Shown here one piece after another: positions 17,962 through 27,535 of a DNA stretch of 64,000 nucleotides. The stretch spans positions 2,816,001 through 2,880,000 of the forward strand of contig OY760937.1 in the NCBI GenBank assembly GCA_963664225.1. Direction: 5' to 3'. Below the pieces are notes generated by a model that saw nothing but the letters and a program-made list of their open reading frames with translations, had not been told where the DNA came from and did no database searches. Both the position numbers and the translations under genes were made by a program. The stretch's first letter is position 1. The number at the start of each line of letters is the position of its first letter. The DNA is from Verrucomicrobiia bacterium (GTDB lineage: Bacteria > Verrucomicrobiota > Verrucomicrobiia > Limisphaerales > UBA1319).

Positions 17962-17974
17962 AACACCCCCGGAC

Positions 17975-18073
17975 GAACAACCAGTCGCCGGAGCCAGCCG
18001 TCGTGGGCGCTGGCAGATCCGCTGTCGCGGTTCACGCCGTGACTCGGCAGTGTCTCAGTTTTCTGCGTTGACC
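17975..18073 (+). mobile_element. Integron attC-like site 2 (degenerate)
   Basis: R'' GAACAAC, then CAGTCGCCGGAGCCAGCCG...CCGCTGTCGCGG...CGGCAGTGTCTCAG, then R' GTTGACC. Imperfect palindrome. Confidence 0.65.
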
Positions 18074-18302
18074 ATTGTCCCATCGTGCGTCCAACTTCCT
18101 TCCTTAACTCGTTCGACCCCATCCTCGAATTGAGGTTCCGGGCAATGGATCAGGAATAGAAAACTAGCTTAAAATCGAACGGCTATTCATATGCGTATGC
18201 ACTCCGCCCGAATTCAGAAAGGTGGTCATCAGGCGGGAAGGGAACCTCCGCATTTCGCACAAGGGGCCGGTAATGTTAAGTCGTCGGTTCAGCCGCGGCC
18301 AA

Positions 18303-19097
18303 TCAAGCAGCAATTCGCCCTGCCCATTCTTGCTGGCTTGCGGTGCGATATGGCAACGCCGCTTCCTGTAACAAGAGCGGATCGCTGACCGACTCGCAGT
18401 CGGCATTATCGAACATGGCACCGACTTCACGGCGGATGAACGGCCCCATTTGCGGCCAGGTGATCCGATGCATCCCTACGGCGTTGATGCCTTCGGGAAT
18501 CGCAACCGGATGCGAGTGGGCGATGAACTCACCGCCATCAATCACGTCCGTGACTTTGTGAATGGTCAGCACCAGGTGCTTTCGCCCATCCCGCACCATG
18601 GCAGCGATGGGGTCGGGGCCGGGATACGATGGCCAGATGTCGCCGCTATGGTGGAAGTTGAAGAAACCAAGTTCCGGGTAACCAATGACTGCGGTCGGAA
18701 TCTTTTGGCCGAAGGTCGCCATCAGGCAAAGTTCCGGACGCCATTCTTTGAAGAACATCTCCTGGAACTCCGGCGCTTTCACGCGGCCTGTGAATACCGG
18801 CAGGCCATGCTCTTGCGCGAATCGCGGCACCAACAGTTCATCGTCATGCGTGTGCGGGTATTTCCACAACCGCACATCGGCGTGGGTAAACGTCTGCGTC
18901 GGGTCGTCGGTGGCAACCCCCACGACGACCACTCGGCTGGCAATGGTGCCAAAGAGCAGTTCCCGAAGAACATGGTAGCCGCCCATGAAGCTGCCAAAAA
19001 CCGCGACGCGGGTCTTCGGTTCGAGAGCGGCGGATAGATTGCGGGTGAAGCGGAGTGGGGTGGCTCCGCTCAGGGCGGAATATGGCACGGAATACAT
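18303..19097 (-). CDS. Formyltransferase family protein (Fmt/PurN N-terminal fold)
   Basis: RVAVFGS, VVGVATDD, ELCLMATFGQKIP, FFNFHHS..WPSYPGPDP, TIHKVTDVIDGG. Confidence 0.82.
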   Translation of the reverse strand: MYSVPYSALSGATPLRFTRNLSAALEPKTRVAVFGSFMGGYHVLRELLFGTIASRVVVVGVATDDPTQTFTHADVRLWKYPHTHDDELLVPRFAQEHGLPVFTGRVKAPEFQEMFFKEWRPELCLMATFGQKIPTAVIGYPELGFFNFHHSGDIWPSYPGPDPIAAMVRDGRKHLVLTIHKVTDVIDGGEFIAHSHPVAIPEGINAVGMHRITWPQMGPFIRREVGAMFDNADCESVSDPLLLQEAALPYRTASQQEWAGRIAA

Positions 19098-19303
19098 GGC
19101 ACGCGAGCGTTGCTGCGGGCAACCCACTGCGGGAACTAAAAGGATGTGACCCAATCACACCCCCATTCGAGGCACGGTTGATCATTCGCCGTTTTCGAAG
19201 GAGACCCGCAGCCGAAGCCGCGCAATTGCAATGAACACATTACATATCGTTCTAATACGCAATATATGCAAATAGATAGTGGAATGTTTTTATATGTTAG
19301 ATA

Positions 19304-20299
19304 TCACACCGCAAAGCGGGCCTTGTCGAGAGCCTTGAGCGTGCCAGTTTCCTGGAGCAACCGTTCGACGACGGCCACGATGGCTTCGCCGTGTCCATCA
19401 CCCCTGACCTGACAGAAATCATGCCAGTTTTGGTCGGCACTTCGCTTGAGCCGTTCCTGTTCCGCCTTGATGTCACCCATGGCTCCGCCTTCATACAAAG
19501 GCGCTTCCGAGAGCAACCACCGAAATATATTTTCAAGGAATCGAGTGTTCCGGCCATGGTGCAGCAGGCCAAAGGCCGCGGTTTCAAAAGCGTGCGGTCC
19601 TCCAAAGAGAACATATCGGCCCCGGCCATGCCGTCCGGCGACGGCAATAGGCAACGAATACAACGAAATCTCCCGAAGAGTGCGGTTATAACTCACGCAA
19701 TTTCCCCCGGGCGAATAGACCAGCGCCTGCGCGTCAGCGCCGGGAATCACAGTAAAGGTCGCCATGTGGCGCCAGGTAACGCTGTCAATCCCACTGGCGG
19801 CCCAGGACAGAGGAATCAGCTCGTGCTCGGTTGTAAAGAGGGATTGCAGCGGATGAGTCGTGCGCACCCGCTTTAGATCGATAATCGCGTCATCGTTGAG
19901 CAGGCAGCCCAGAGGCGCGAACAGTTGCCCCAGGTTGGTCTGGGTGAATGAATCCCCGAAACGGTAGGCGAAGGCCAGCAGACGGCCACCCTGGCGGAGA
20001 CACTCCAGAATTCGGCAAATTTCATCGGAAGTGAGCAATGACGCGGGGTCCTGCCGCCAGCATTCGCCGTCCGGGTCGTATTTGCCGGTCGGTGGTGGGA
20101 TAACCAGCAGGCGGGCGCGGGAGAGGTCCATCGGTTTGTGATTCTGGCTGGTGCAAATCCCGCCCAGGCGCTCGAACAGTGCGGTCATGCCAGCGAAGTT
20201 GGTGTGCCGTTGGCGCGAGGTGAAGCCCGTCTGGTCCCAATGCGCTTGGCCATGGGTTTCATCAAACAGGATTGGGATCAGCGAAGCGTCGGCTGGCAT
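19304..20299 (-). CDS. DUF4350/class I glutamine amidotransferase-like domain protein
   Basis: ILFDETHG, LLVIPPP, LRQGGRLL, GRGRYVLFGG, NTRFLENIFRWL. Confidence 0.65.
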   Translation of the reverse strand: MPADASLIPILFDETHGQAHWDQTGFTSRQRHTNFAGMTALFERLGGICTSQNHKPMDLSRARLLVIPPPTGKYDPDGECWRQDPASLLTSDEICRILECLRQGGRLLAFAYRFGDSFTQTNLGQLFAPLGCLLNDDAIIDLKRVRTTHPLQSLFTTEHELIPLSWAASGIDSVTWRHMATFTVIPGADAQALVYSPGGNCVSYNRTLREISLYSLPIAVAGRHGRGRYVLFGGPHAFETAAFGLLHHGRNTRFLENIFRWLLSEAPLYEGGAMGDIKAEQERLKRSADQNWHDFCQVRGDGHGEAIVAVVERLLQETGTLKALDKARFAV

Positions 20300-20410
20300 G
20301 ATCAGGCTCGCGCGAATGGAAACGGTAAAAATGGTGGAGAATTGTTTATAGGCACAATTCTCAAAAGCCTCGAACCTTACAGGAAGAACCTCTTACCGAA
20401 TCAGTCGCGG

Positions 20411-20674
20411 TTACACAGCGGGGGCCGGGGCAGGCTGGGTCTCACTCTCCTGGGTCTGGTTAAAGATCCAGGAATGGGCTTGATCCGCTACCTTGGCCAC
20501 CTGCAACAGGTCATCGCGACCGAAGCTGTCGGTGGATTGCCACTGATCACCGTCCTTGTAGAGGCGGCAAAAGGTGACGTTGAAACGAACTCCGTTTTCG
20601 GTTTCATTTCTCCATACTGCCGCCTTGATAGCGCCCAAGCGCACTTCGTGGACGGGTTTTGTCTTGGTTTTCAT
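20411..20674 (-). CDS. Small conserved hypothetical protein, possibly PC4/SSB-like DNA-binding (alternative start 20695)
   Basis: KPVHEVRLGAIKAAVWRN, FNVTFCRLYKDGDQWQSTDSFGRDDL. Family recognised from mobile-element contexts; the function is inferred. Confidence 0.75.
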   Translation of the reverse strand: MKTKTKPVHEVRLGAIKAAVWRNETENGVRFNVTFCRLYKDGDQWQSTDSFGRDDLLQVAKVADQAHSWIFNQTQESETQPAPAPAV

Positions 20675-21188
20675 GGCTGATACGTTTGTTGACATGGATT
20701 CCATGTGTTTGTCCTTGCATAATGTGATGCCCGGCCATGGGCATCGGGATGCATTTCGATCCATACCACGTTTGAAAACCCAAAGCAACGGCACCAGCCG
20801 CATTCGGCATCGCCGATGGCTGGCCGTGTGGAGAGGCCTGAATTCATTGACTTTATTCCATGCGGATTTCCGATTCCGGTTGAAAAGAGTTGCCCTGCAG
20901 TATCCTCGTCGGCCTGTTGACTAGCCACAGCGAATTGGGAGATTCTTGAGGGACCAGGATGGTTTTCTTCAGAAAGGGTTGAACAGGTTCACGCGCTCAA
21001 CGATCTGGTCTCTGCCGCCACATGGTCTTCGATTTCCTCTGGGCGTTTGGTCATTTGCAGGCCAACACATCGCAGAGGTTATTTCCACCCGGATCCAAGC
21101 TCGTGCCGCATGGCGCCCGGTTGGAAAGTGGATCCAAAATGCCTGACCGGAATCGATCCGGTCGGCGGCACAGCCGAAAGAACAGCGT

Positions 21189-22031
21189 ATGAACCATGAT
21201 ACAACCAACTTCAAGGCACTGGCCTTGACGGAAGACATGCTCCGCGTTCAGGCCCCAAGCATCTTTGCTTCCGGCCCGATGCTGGGCGTCAGTCGACGCT
21301 ACACGTTCGTGCCCACGGCACGAATCATCACCGGGCTGAAGGATCTCAATTGGGTCCCGGTCCAGGTGGAAGAACAGCGCATTCGCACCGAAGCCCGGCG
21401 CGGGTTCCAGAAGCATCAGCTTCGGTTCCGCCGCGCCGAGCAGATGGAGACGCTGGATGAGTGGAACGTGGAACTCGTCCTGCTCAACTCGCACGATGCG
21501 GGTTGCGCCTACCAGTTGCATGCCGGGATTTATCGCCGGGTGTGCAGCAATGGGCTTGTCCTGTCAGAGGGGAGCTTCGAAACCATCCGATTCCGTCATG
21601 CGGGATTGGAACCCGATGAAGTGATCGGGGCGAGTCTGCGGGTGCTCGACTATATGCCCAAGGTTGGAGAACTGGTCGGGCAATTGCACGCGCGGACACT
21701 GGAAACGAGGGAATCGCTCCTCTTTGCGCGGTCAGCCTTGGCACTTCGGTATCCACAGGTGCAGGAAGCGCCGGTGGATGCGGAAACGCTCCTGAAGGCG
21801 CATCGCCCGGAGGACGAAGGGACCGACTTGTGGCGGACCCTCAATCGCGTACAGCAGAACCTGATCCAGGGAGGCGTATCCGATTGGCACAAGGACCGGC
21901 GCGGGAAGCTCCGCTCCATACGCAGGCTCAGCGGCATTGACTCCAAAGTCAGTGTCAACAAGGGCCTCTGGAGTCTGGCGGAACGCGTGGTCAAAGGGGA
22001 ACCGTTGGAAGTTGAAACGGTCACAACCTAA
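21189..22031 (+). CDS. DUF932 (DUF945) domain protein
   Basis: APSIFA, VSRRYTFVPT, FQKHQLRFR, ELVLLNSHDAGCAYQLHAGIYRRVCSNGLV, DLWRTLNRVQQNLIQGG, NKGLWSLAE. Confidence 0.9.
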   Translation: MNHDTTNFKALALTEDMLRVQAPSIFASGPMLGVSRRYTFVPTARIITGLKDLNWVPVQVEEQRIRTEARRGFQKHQLRFRRAEQMETLDEWNVELVLLNSHDAGCAYQLHAGIYRRVCSNGLVLSEGSFETIRFRHAGLEPDEVIGASLRVLDYMPKVGELVGQLHARTLETRESLLFARSALALRYPQVQEAPVDAETLLKAHRPEDEGTDLWRTLNRVQQNLIQGGVSDWHKDRRGKLRSIRRLSGIDSKVSVNKGLWSLAERVVKGEPLEVETVTT

Positions 22032-22345
22032 CCGCGAGGTTATTCTGAAGGTTACACGGCTTTTGAGGATTGTGCCTAACAAACAACCCTCACCCTTTAA
22101 TCTCAGATCGGCTCTGTCCTGTTGTTAAACGCAAACGCCGACTCGTTGGGGCTACTCATCCAGAATCCCGCAGAAAACGGTCGCCATCCGCCCACTGCTC
22201 GCTAACCGCTTCGCGGCGCCCAGGGTATTCTCAGCACCATGCAAACGCGCATTATGTCGAGTTACGGCAGGTCTGCTGGAAAGCTCCTGATGAGCTGCTG
22301 CCGTGCCATTTGCATAGCGCATTCAATCCATGAGATAAATGAATT

Positions 22346-23080
22346 ATGGACCCTGTAATCACCCAGAAATCTCTCGCGACCGAAAAGTGGTTTGTCGAAT
22401 TGCTGGCCGGCAAGGGTTTCGCCAAGTCCTCGGAAAACACATTCACAAACGGAAAGGCTTCAATTCGGGTTGATGGGGCTCATTTCTGTGCCGATGCGGG
22501 TATGGAGAATACCACCTATAAGGCGAATTTCCGCAACGCCAATCGGCAAACCGTTACTTTCATGGTGGACCAAATCTTGAAAATGCATGCGTTTCTTACC
22601 GAGGAGGAATTGGCGCAGGAACGAGCCGAAAAACAAAGCGTGGATCGAGCTCTGGCCGGTATTGCCATTACCATCAAGGATGGACCGGACACCGGCGTCG
22701 GGATGCAACTCCGGCAATTCCTCTGGTCCCTTTACAACATGCACCATGTGGTCAACCTCTGGCGATTGACGGCTGATCTCGATAGCCAGCATGCCGCCTG
22801 GGTCGCGGAAGTCTTCGCCGGTGTGCTTGGCGGATTGGTGAAGGACACGGACCTGAAACGCACTTTGCAGGTTGCCGGAGAAATGGAGCGCTGGGAAAGG
22901 GAACATTCCGGTGAAAAGGTCGCGGTCGCACTTCAGGAAGCAGAGAATATCATTACCGCGTTGACACGAAAGGCTTCCCCCAGCCGGACACATACGGTGT
23001 TGGTCTCTCTGTTGAAACGTATTGCCGAGGCTCAACGGGAACTCCGCGAGGAGGATTCCCAGGTGCCGAAATCTTCATAA
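22346..23080 (+). CDS. Hypothetical protein (mobile-element backbone type)
   Basis: 244-aa ATG ORF co-oriented with its neighbours; motif DTGVGMQLRQFLWSLYN...VNLWRL. Confidence 0.7.
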   Translation: MDPVITQKSLATEKWFVELLAGKGFAKSSENTFTNGKASIRVDGAHFCADAGMENTTYKANFRNANRQTVTFMVDQILKMHAFLTEEELAQERAEKQSVDRALAGIAITIKDGPDTGVGMQLRQFLWSLYNMHHVVNLWRLTADLDSQHAAWVAEVFAGVLGGLVKDTDLKRTLQVAGEMERWEREHSGEKVAVALQEAENIITALTRKASPSRTHTVLVSLLKRIAEAQRELREEDSQVPKSS

Positions 23081-23283
23081 GCCGTCACTCACTCCACCAA
23101 CATGCCTTTCACCCACCAATCCGATGCGATGGCATTCACTCGTTCTGCAGCCGCACCAACCGGGATCAGGGCGAGGGGAATTTTACCTAAGCCAACGTCC
23201 TGGTTTTGTAGGATTGTTGAGCCTGCTGCCCATGATGTGCAGGCCATGCCAACGCGGTCCCACGCTAACGCTTCAATTCGACA

Positions 23284-23817
23284 ATGATCACCGGCCATCC
23301 AGAGTGTTGTGGCACAAGTCCCCGAAGGGGTGCGGGTAACGAGCCTGGTGCGCTGCGCTTAGGAGTTCATTTTTCCTCACAAACTCCAGAGTGGCCAACC
23401 CCAAAATGGCTATTTGATGCTCTCGACAAAGAGTTTGGCTTCACGCTTGATCCCTGTTCGACGCACACCAATGCAAAGTGCCAAAAACATTACACGCGTG
23501 AAGACAATGGCCTGCTCAAGTCCTGGAGCGATGAGGTTGTTTTCATGAATCCGCCGTATGGCGACGCAATCGCAAGCTGGATGGCCAAGGCCCATGGCGC
23601 GGCAATGCATGAAGGAGCAACGGTGGTTTGCCTCGTCCCGTCGCGCACGGACACGGCCTGGTGGCACCGATTCTCCATGAAGCACGAAATCCGGTTCCTA
23701 CGCGGGCGGCTCAAATTCGGCGACGGAAAAAACTCTGCGCCATTTCCCTCTGCCATTATCGTAATGCGCCCAGCATCTTTTGCTATCCGGGCTCATCCAT
23801 CCCAAAATGACCCATGA
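23284..23817 (+). CDS. Phage-type DNA N6-adenine methyltransferase (orphan)
   Basis: FSSQTPEWPTPKWLFDALDKEFGFTLDPC, VFMNPPYG, VCLVPSRTDTAWWH, FLRGRLKFG, APFPS. Confidence 0.9.
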   Translation: MITGHPECCGTSPRRGAGNEPGALRLGVHFSSQTPEWPTPKWLFDALDKEFGFTLDPCSTHTNAKCQKHYTREDNGLLKSWSDEVVFMNPPYGDAIASWMAKAHGAAMHEGATVVCLVPSRTDTAWWHRFSMKHEIRFLRGRLKFGDGKNSAPFPSAIIVMRPASFAIRAHPSQNDP

Positions 23818-23911
23818 GCGCCTCACGCTTACGAACCGCAAAGACCTTATCTCTGCTTGATTCCGGCGCTACAGTTAAAACACTGCTTTATCAAAGCATC
23901 CTAATCTAATC

Positions 23912-24624
23912 ATGCATCTGCAAACGGCGGTCCCACGAGGAAATCCGTTGGACCAGCTGGATTTGGCCGCACTGGGCGTGTCGTCGGCACTCGACGATCA
24001 CTACTTGAAATCCGGATGGCTATCGCGATTGGGACGGGGAGTGTTTAAGTTCCCCAATGACATCTTGCGGGAGCAAGACTGTTTCCGGTTTCTAGCCCGC
24101 CGAATACCCGGCCTTCACATCGGCGGAAAAACGGCTTTGGCTTGGCGCGGTGTCCGCCTCAATCTTCCTGCGCATAAACGCTTATGGTTGTGGGGGATAT
24201 CAAAGCCAGGATGCCCGGGTGGTTCACTCAACGGTTTCGCGCTCAATATACGGCGCTCAATCTGTTTGACTCAACGCTGCCCAAGGATTTCGGAATCCAA
24301 CCCCTACCGGAAACTCCCGGTGGAATTCTGGTGTCAGAATGCGAAAGAGCTGTGATCGAATTGTTGAGTGAAGTTGGAATCCATCAGGGAATCGAGGAAG
24401 CTCCCAACATTCTGGAGGGTGCCCGCTCGCTACGTCCGGATATTTTGGCAACGCTACTCAAGCTTTCCCTGCGAGCGAAAAAAGCCAGACTTTGCGTGCT
24501 TTGGGCTACTAAACTCATGCTACCGTGGGCCGAGGCCGCGCTAAAAGCCACAGGGGAACAGTTCGGCCATAGTCGCTGGACCGCCCGGCTTAAAGACGGA
24601 ACGATCCTGATCCTAACAGTGTAA
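23912..24624 (+). pseudogene. abiEi: Type IV TA antitoxin AbiEi, frameshifted
   Basis: YLKSGWLSRLGRGVF, LHIGGKTALAWRG, then ARMPGWF...SECERAVIELLSEVG in another frame. The shift is at a G5 run (24192-24196). Confidence 0.8.
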
Positions 24625-24789
24625 TGGAAATGATCCATATAGAAACAGTTCGGCATCTTCTCGAAGCGATGCCGGTGGTGCTTCAAACGCCAACCTTTGC
24701 CATGAAAGGCGGAATGGCCATCAATCTCTTCGTCGAAGACATGACACGTTTGTCGGTGGATATTGACGTGGTTTTTACCGATCACCATG
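24624..24789 (+). pseudogene. abiEii: AbiEii nucleotidyltransferase toxin, N-terminal fragment
   Basis: [26 protein letters not shown] (KGGT..RxSxDxD motif). Homology stops at about 24789. Confidence 0.8.
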
Positions 24790-25007
24790 GCCCGGTTCAA
24801 ATGCGCATAAATGAAATCCTGTCCCGGCGTCGTGCCCCAGTGTCGGACCACAAGCGGATTCACGTCCGAGAGTTTCAGTGGACGCTTCAGCAGCGGATTG
24901 TCGTAGAGGTAAATCTGGCCGACCGACAGATAGTTGGCAGCGCGCCAATAGGCGTCCATCTTGTGGAGCAATTCAAGAGTGAGAGTTTTTGTTTTCAAAT
25001 CTTTCAT
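24790..25007 (-). pseudogene. xfp: Phosphoketolase N-terminal fragment
   Basis: [28 protein letters not shown]...[17 protein letters not shown]. Only about 73 codons, then it runs into antisense abiEii. Confidence 0.85.
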
Positions 25008-25010
25008 AAA

Positions 25011-27299
25011 TCACAGTCTCATTTTTCGCAGCCGCAAGGCGTTGCTGATCACAGAGACGGAACTCAAGCTCATCGCAGCGCCGGCGATGATCGGGCTGAG
25101 CAGCCAACCGAAGAACGGGTAAAGCACACCCGCCGCCACCGGAATCCCCAGCGCATTGTAGAGAAAGGCGAAGACGAGATTCTGCCGGATGTTGCTCATC
25201 GTGGCGCGACTGAGGCGGATGGCTTGGGCAATGCCACGGAGGTCACCTTTCACGAGGGTGATGCCGGCACTTTGCATCGCCACGTCGGTGCCGGTGCCCA
25301 TCGCGATGCCGACTTCTGCTTCGCTTAGCGCGGGCGCGTCGTTGATGCCGTCGCCGGCCATTACAACGTGTTTGCCTTCCTCGCGCAACTTCTTGATGTG
25401 GGCGACTTTTCCGGCGGGTTCGACCTCCGCTTCCACCGCATCCAGGCCGAGTTGCTTCGCCACTGCGTCAGCCGTACGACGGTTGTCGCCGGTGAGCATG
25501 ACGAGTTTCAAACCGAGCGTGTGAAGTTCTTTGATGGCTTCCGCAGAGGTGGATTTTATCGGGTCAGCCACAGCGAGAATGCCAGCAGGCTTTCCATCCA
25601 CGGCGACGAACATCGCGGTCTTGCCTTCTTCCTGAAGTTTTACCGCCGAGGCTGCGAGCGGCTCCAAGCCAATGATCTTTTCGTTTCGCAGGAAGTCGGG
25701 TTTTCCAACCATCACATGCCGACCAGCGACATTTCCCACGACACCGCCCGCTGTCACAGAACGAAAGTCTTTCACGTCAGCGAGCAGGAGGCTCTCCTCT
25801 TTGGCAGCCTGCACAATCGCAGCGGCGAGCGGGTGTTCGCTGTTCTGCTCCAATGAGGCGGCGAGACGCAGAAATTCCTTCGCGTCGAAACCGTCGGCGG
25901 GCAGCACATCCACGAGCTTGGGTTTGCCCTCGGTGAGCGTGCCCGTCTTGTCCACGACGAGCGTGGTGACTTTTTCCAAGCGTTCGAGCGCCTCGGCGTT
26001 CTTCACGAGCACGCCTGCCTGTGCGCCGCGTCCGACGCCGACCATGATGGACATGGGCGTAGCCAGACCGAGGGCGCACGGGCAGGCAATGATGAGCACC
26101 GCGACGGCGTTGACGATGGCGTGCGCGAGTTTTGGCTCCGGACCCAGCGACATCCAGACAACGAAGGTAACCACCGAAACCGCCAGCACCACCGGGACGA
26201 AAATGGCCGCGACCTTGTCGGCGAGACCCTGAATGGGCGCGCGGCTGCGCTGGGCTTCGGCCACCATCTTCACGATCTGCCCGAGCAATGTGTCGTTGCC
26301 GACCCGTTCGGCCCGCATGACGAAACTGCCCGTGCCGTTGACGGTGCCGGCCGTGACTTTATCGCCGATAGTTTTTTCCACCGGGAGCGGTTCGCCGGTG
26401 ATCATGGATTCTTCCACGCTGGAGTGACCTTCAACCAATGCGCCATCCACGGGTACCTTGTCACCGGGCACCACGCGTAACCAATCACCGACTTTCACCT
26501 GGTCGAGCGGGACTTCATGATCGCCACCGTCGGCGACTTGTCGCGCGGTGGGTGGAGCGAGGTTGAGCAACGCTTTGATGGCGCTGCCCGTGCGGCTGCG
26601 GGCGCGGAGTTCGAGCACTTGGCCAAGAAGGACCAGAACCGTGACCATCGCGGCGGCCTCAAAATAAATGCCGACCTTACCCTCATGCTGCATCGTGGTT
26701 GGGAACAGGCCGGGCGCCAGTATCGCTACCGCACTGAAGACGAATGCCGCACCCACGCCGATAGCAATCAGCGTGAACATGTTCAGGTGAAGCGTCATGA
26801 TGGAGCGCCAGCCGCGCTGGAAGAACGGCCAGCCCGCCCAGTAAACTACGGGCGTGGTCAGCGCAAATTGTAGCCAACGTGAAGCATCGCTCATCACCCA
26901 GGCATCGCGACCAATCGCGGGGATCAGGTGTGCCATCGCAAGGACGAATACCGGCAACGTCAGTGCGGCACCGATCCAGAAGCGCCGCGTCATGTCGCGC
27001 AGTTCGGTGTTCTCACCTTCTCCTGGGCTCGCAGTCCCCGTCTTTGGTTCGAGGGCCATGCCGCACATGGGGCAATCGCCGGGATGATCCTGCTCGATCT
27101 CCGGGTGCATCGGACAGGTGTAAATGGTTTTGCCCTGCAGCTTCTCCTCCTTCTTCTCTTCGTATTTTGTGGTGGCGGGCGTTGACAGAAACGTTTTCTG
27201 GCAGTGCTCGCTGCAAAAGTAAAACGTCTTTCCGCCGCGTTCAGCGTGGAGCGACGTCGCTTCGTCCACCGTCATTCCGCAAATGGGATCAATGGCCAT
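25011..27299 (-). CDS. copA: Copper-translocating P1B-type ATPase with N-terminal YHS and YTCPMHP metal-binding domains
   Basis: DPICGM, YTCPMHP, CPC, DKTGT, SEHPL, GDGIND, YN, MSLSS. Confidence 0.95.
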   Translation of the reverse strand: MAIDPICGMTVDEATSLHAERGGKTFYFCSEHCQKTFLSTPATTKYEEKKEEKLQGKTIYTCPMHPEIEQDHPGDCPMCGMALEPKTGTASPGEGENTELRDMTRRFWIGAALTLPVFVLAMAHLIPAIGRDAWVMSDASRWLQFALTTPVVYWAGWPFFQRGWRSIMTLHLNMFTLIAIGVGAAFVFSAVAILAPGLFPTTMQHEGKVGIYFEAAAMVTVLVLLGQVLELRARSRTGSAIKALLNLAPPTARQVADGGDHEVPLDQVKVGDWLRVVPGDKVPVDGALVEGHSSVEESMITGEPLPVEKTIGDKVTAGTVNGTGSFVMRAERVGNDTLLGQIVKMVAEAQRSRAPIQGLADKVAAIFVPVVLAVSVVTFVVWMSLGPEPKLAHAIVNAVAVLIIACPCALGLATPMSIMVGVGRGAQAGVLVKNAEALERLEKVTTLVVDKTGTLTEGKPKLVDVLPADGFDAKEFLRLAASLEQNSEHPLAAAIVQAAKEESLLLADVKDFRSVTAGGVVGNVAGRHVMVGKPDFLRNEKIIGLEPLAASAVKLQEEGKTAMFVAVDGKPAGILAVADPIKSTSAEAIKELHTLGLKLVMLTGDNRRTADAVAKQLGLDAVEAEVEPAGKVAHIKKLREEGKHVVMAGDGINDAPALSEAEVGIAMGTGTDVAMQSAGITLVKGDLRGIAQAIRLSRATMSNIRQNLVFAFLYNALGIPVAAGVLYPFFGWLLSPIIAGAAMSLSSVSVISNALRLRKMRL

Positions 27300-27343
27300 A
27301 TTGGTTCCGGTCGGGATTCTACCTTACCAACAACATGCGCATT

Positions 27344-27535
27344 TTATCCACAGCAGCATCCAGACTTGCCCTCCGGCTTGGCACCGGCGGGCGTGGACAG
27401 GAACTTTTGCCGGCATTGGTCGCTGCAAAAGTAGTACGTTTTTCCATCGCGTTCGGCGTGGAGAGCGGTGGTTTCGTCAACGGGCATGCCGCAGATGGGG
27501 TCTCTGGTCACGGTTTTCGATTCATTCATGGTCAT
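27344..27535 (-). CDS. Stand-alone YHS domain protein with C-terminal CCC
   Basis: RDPICGMPVD, YYFCSDQC, GCCCG. Start overlaps the upstream stop. Confidence 0.85.
   Translation of the reverse strand: MTMNESKTVTRDPICGMPVDETTALHAERDGKTYYFCSDQCRQKFLSTPAGAKPEGKSGCCCG

Noticed and set aside
24384..25328. ORFs 24624-25328 (+) and 24384-25007 (-) as full genes
   Set aside because: Both are chimeric read-throughs across the abiEii/xfp junction into antisense sequence.
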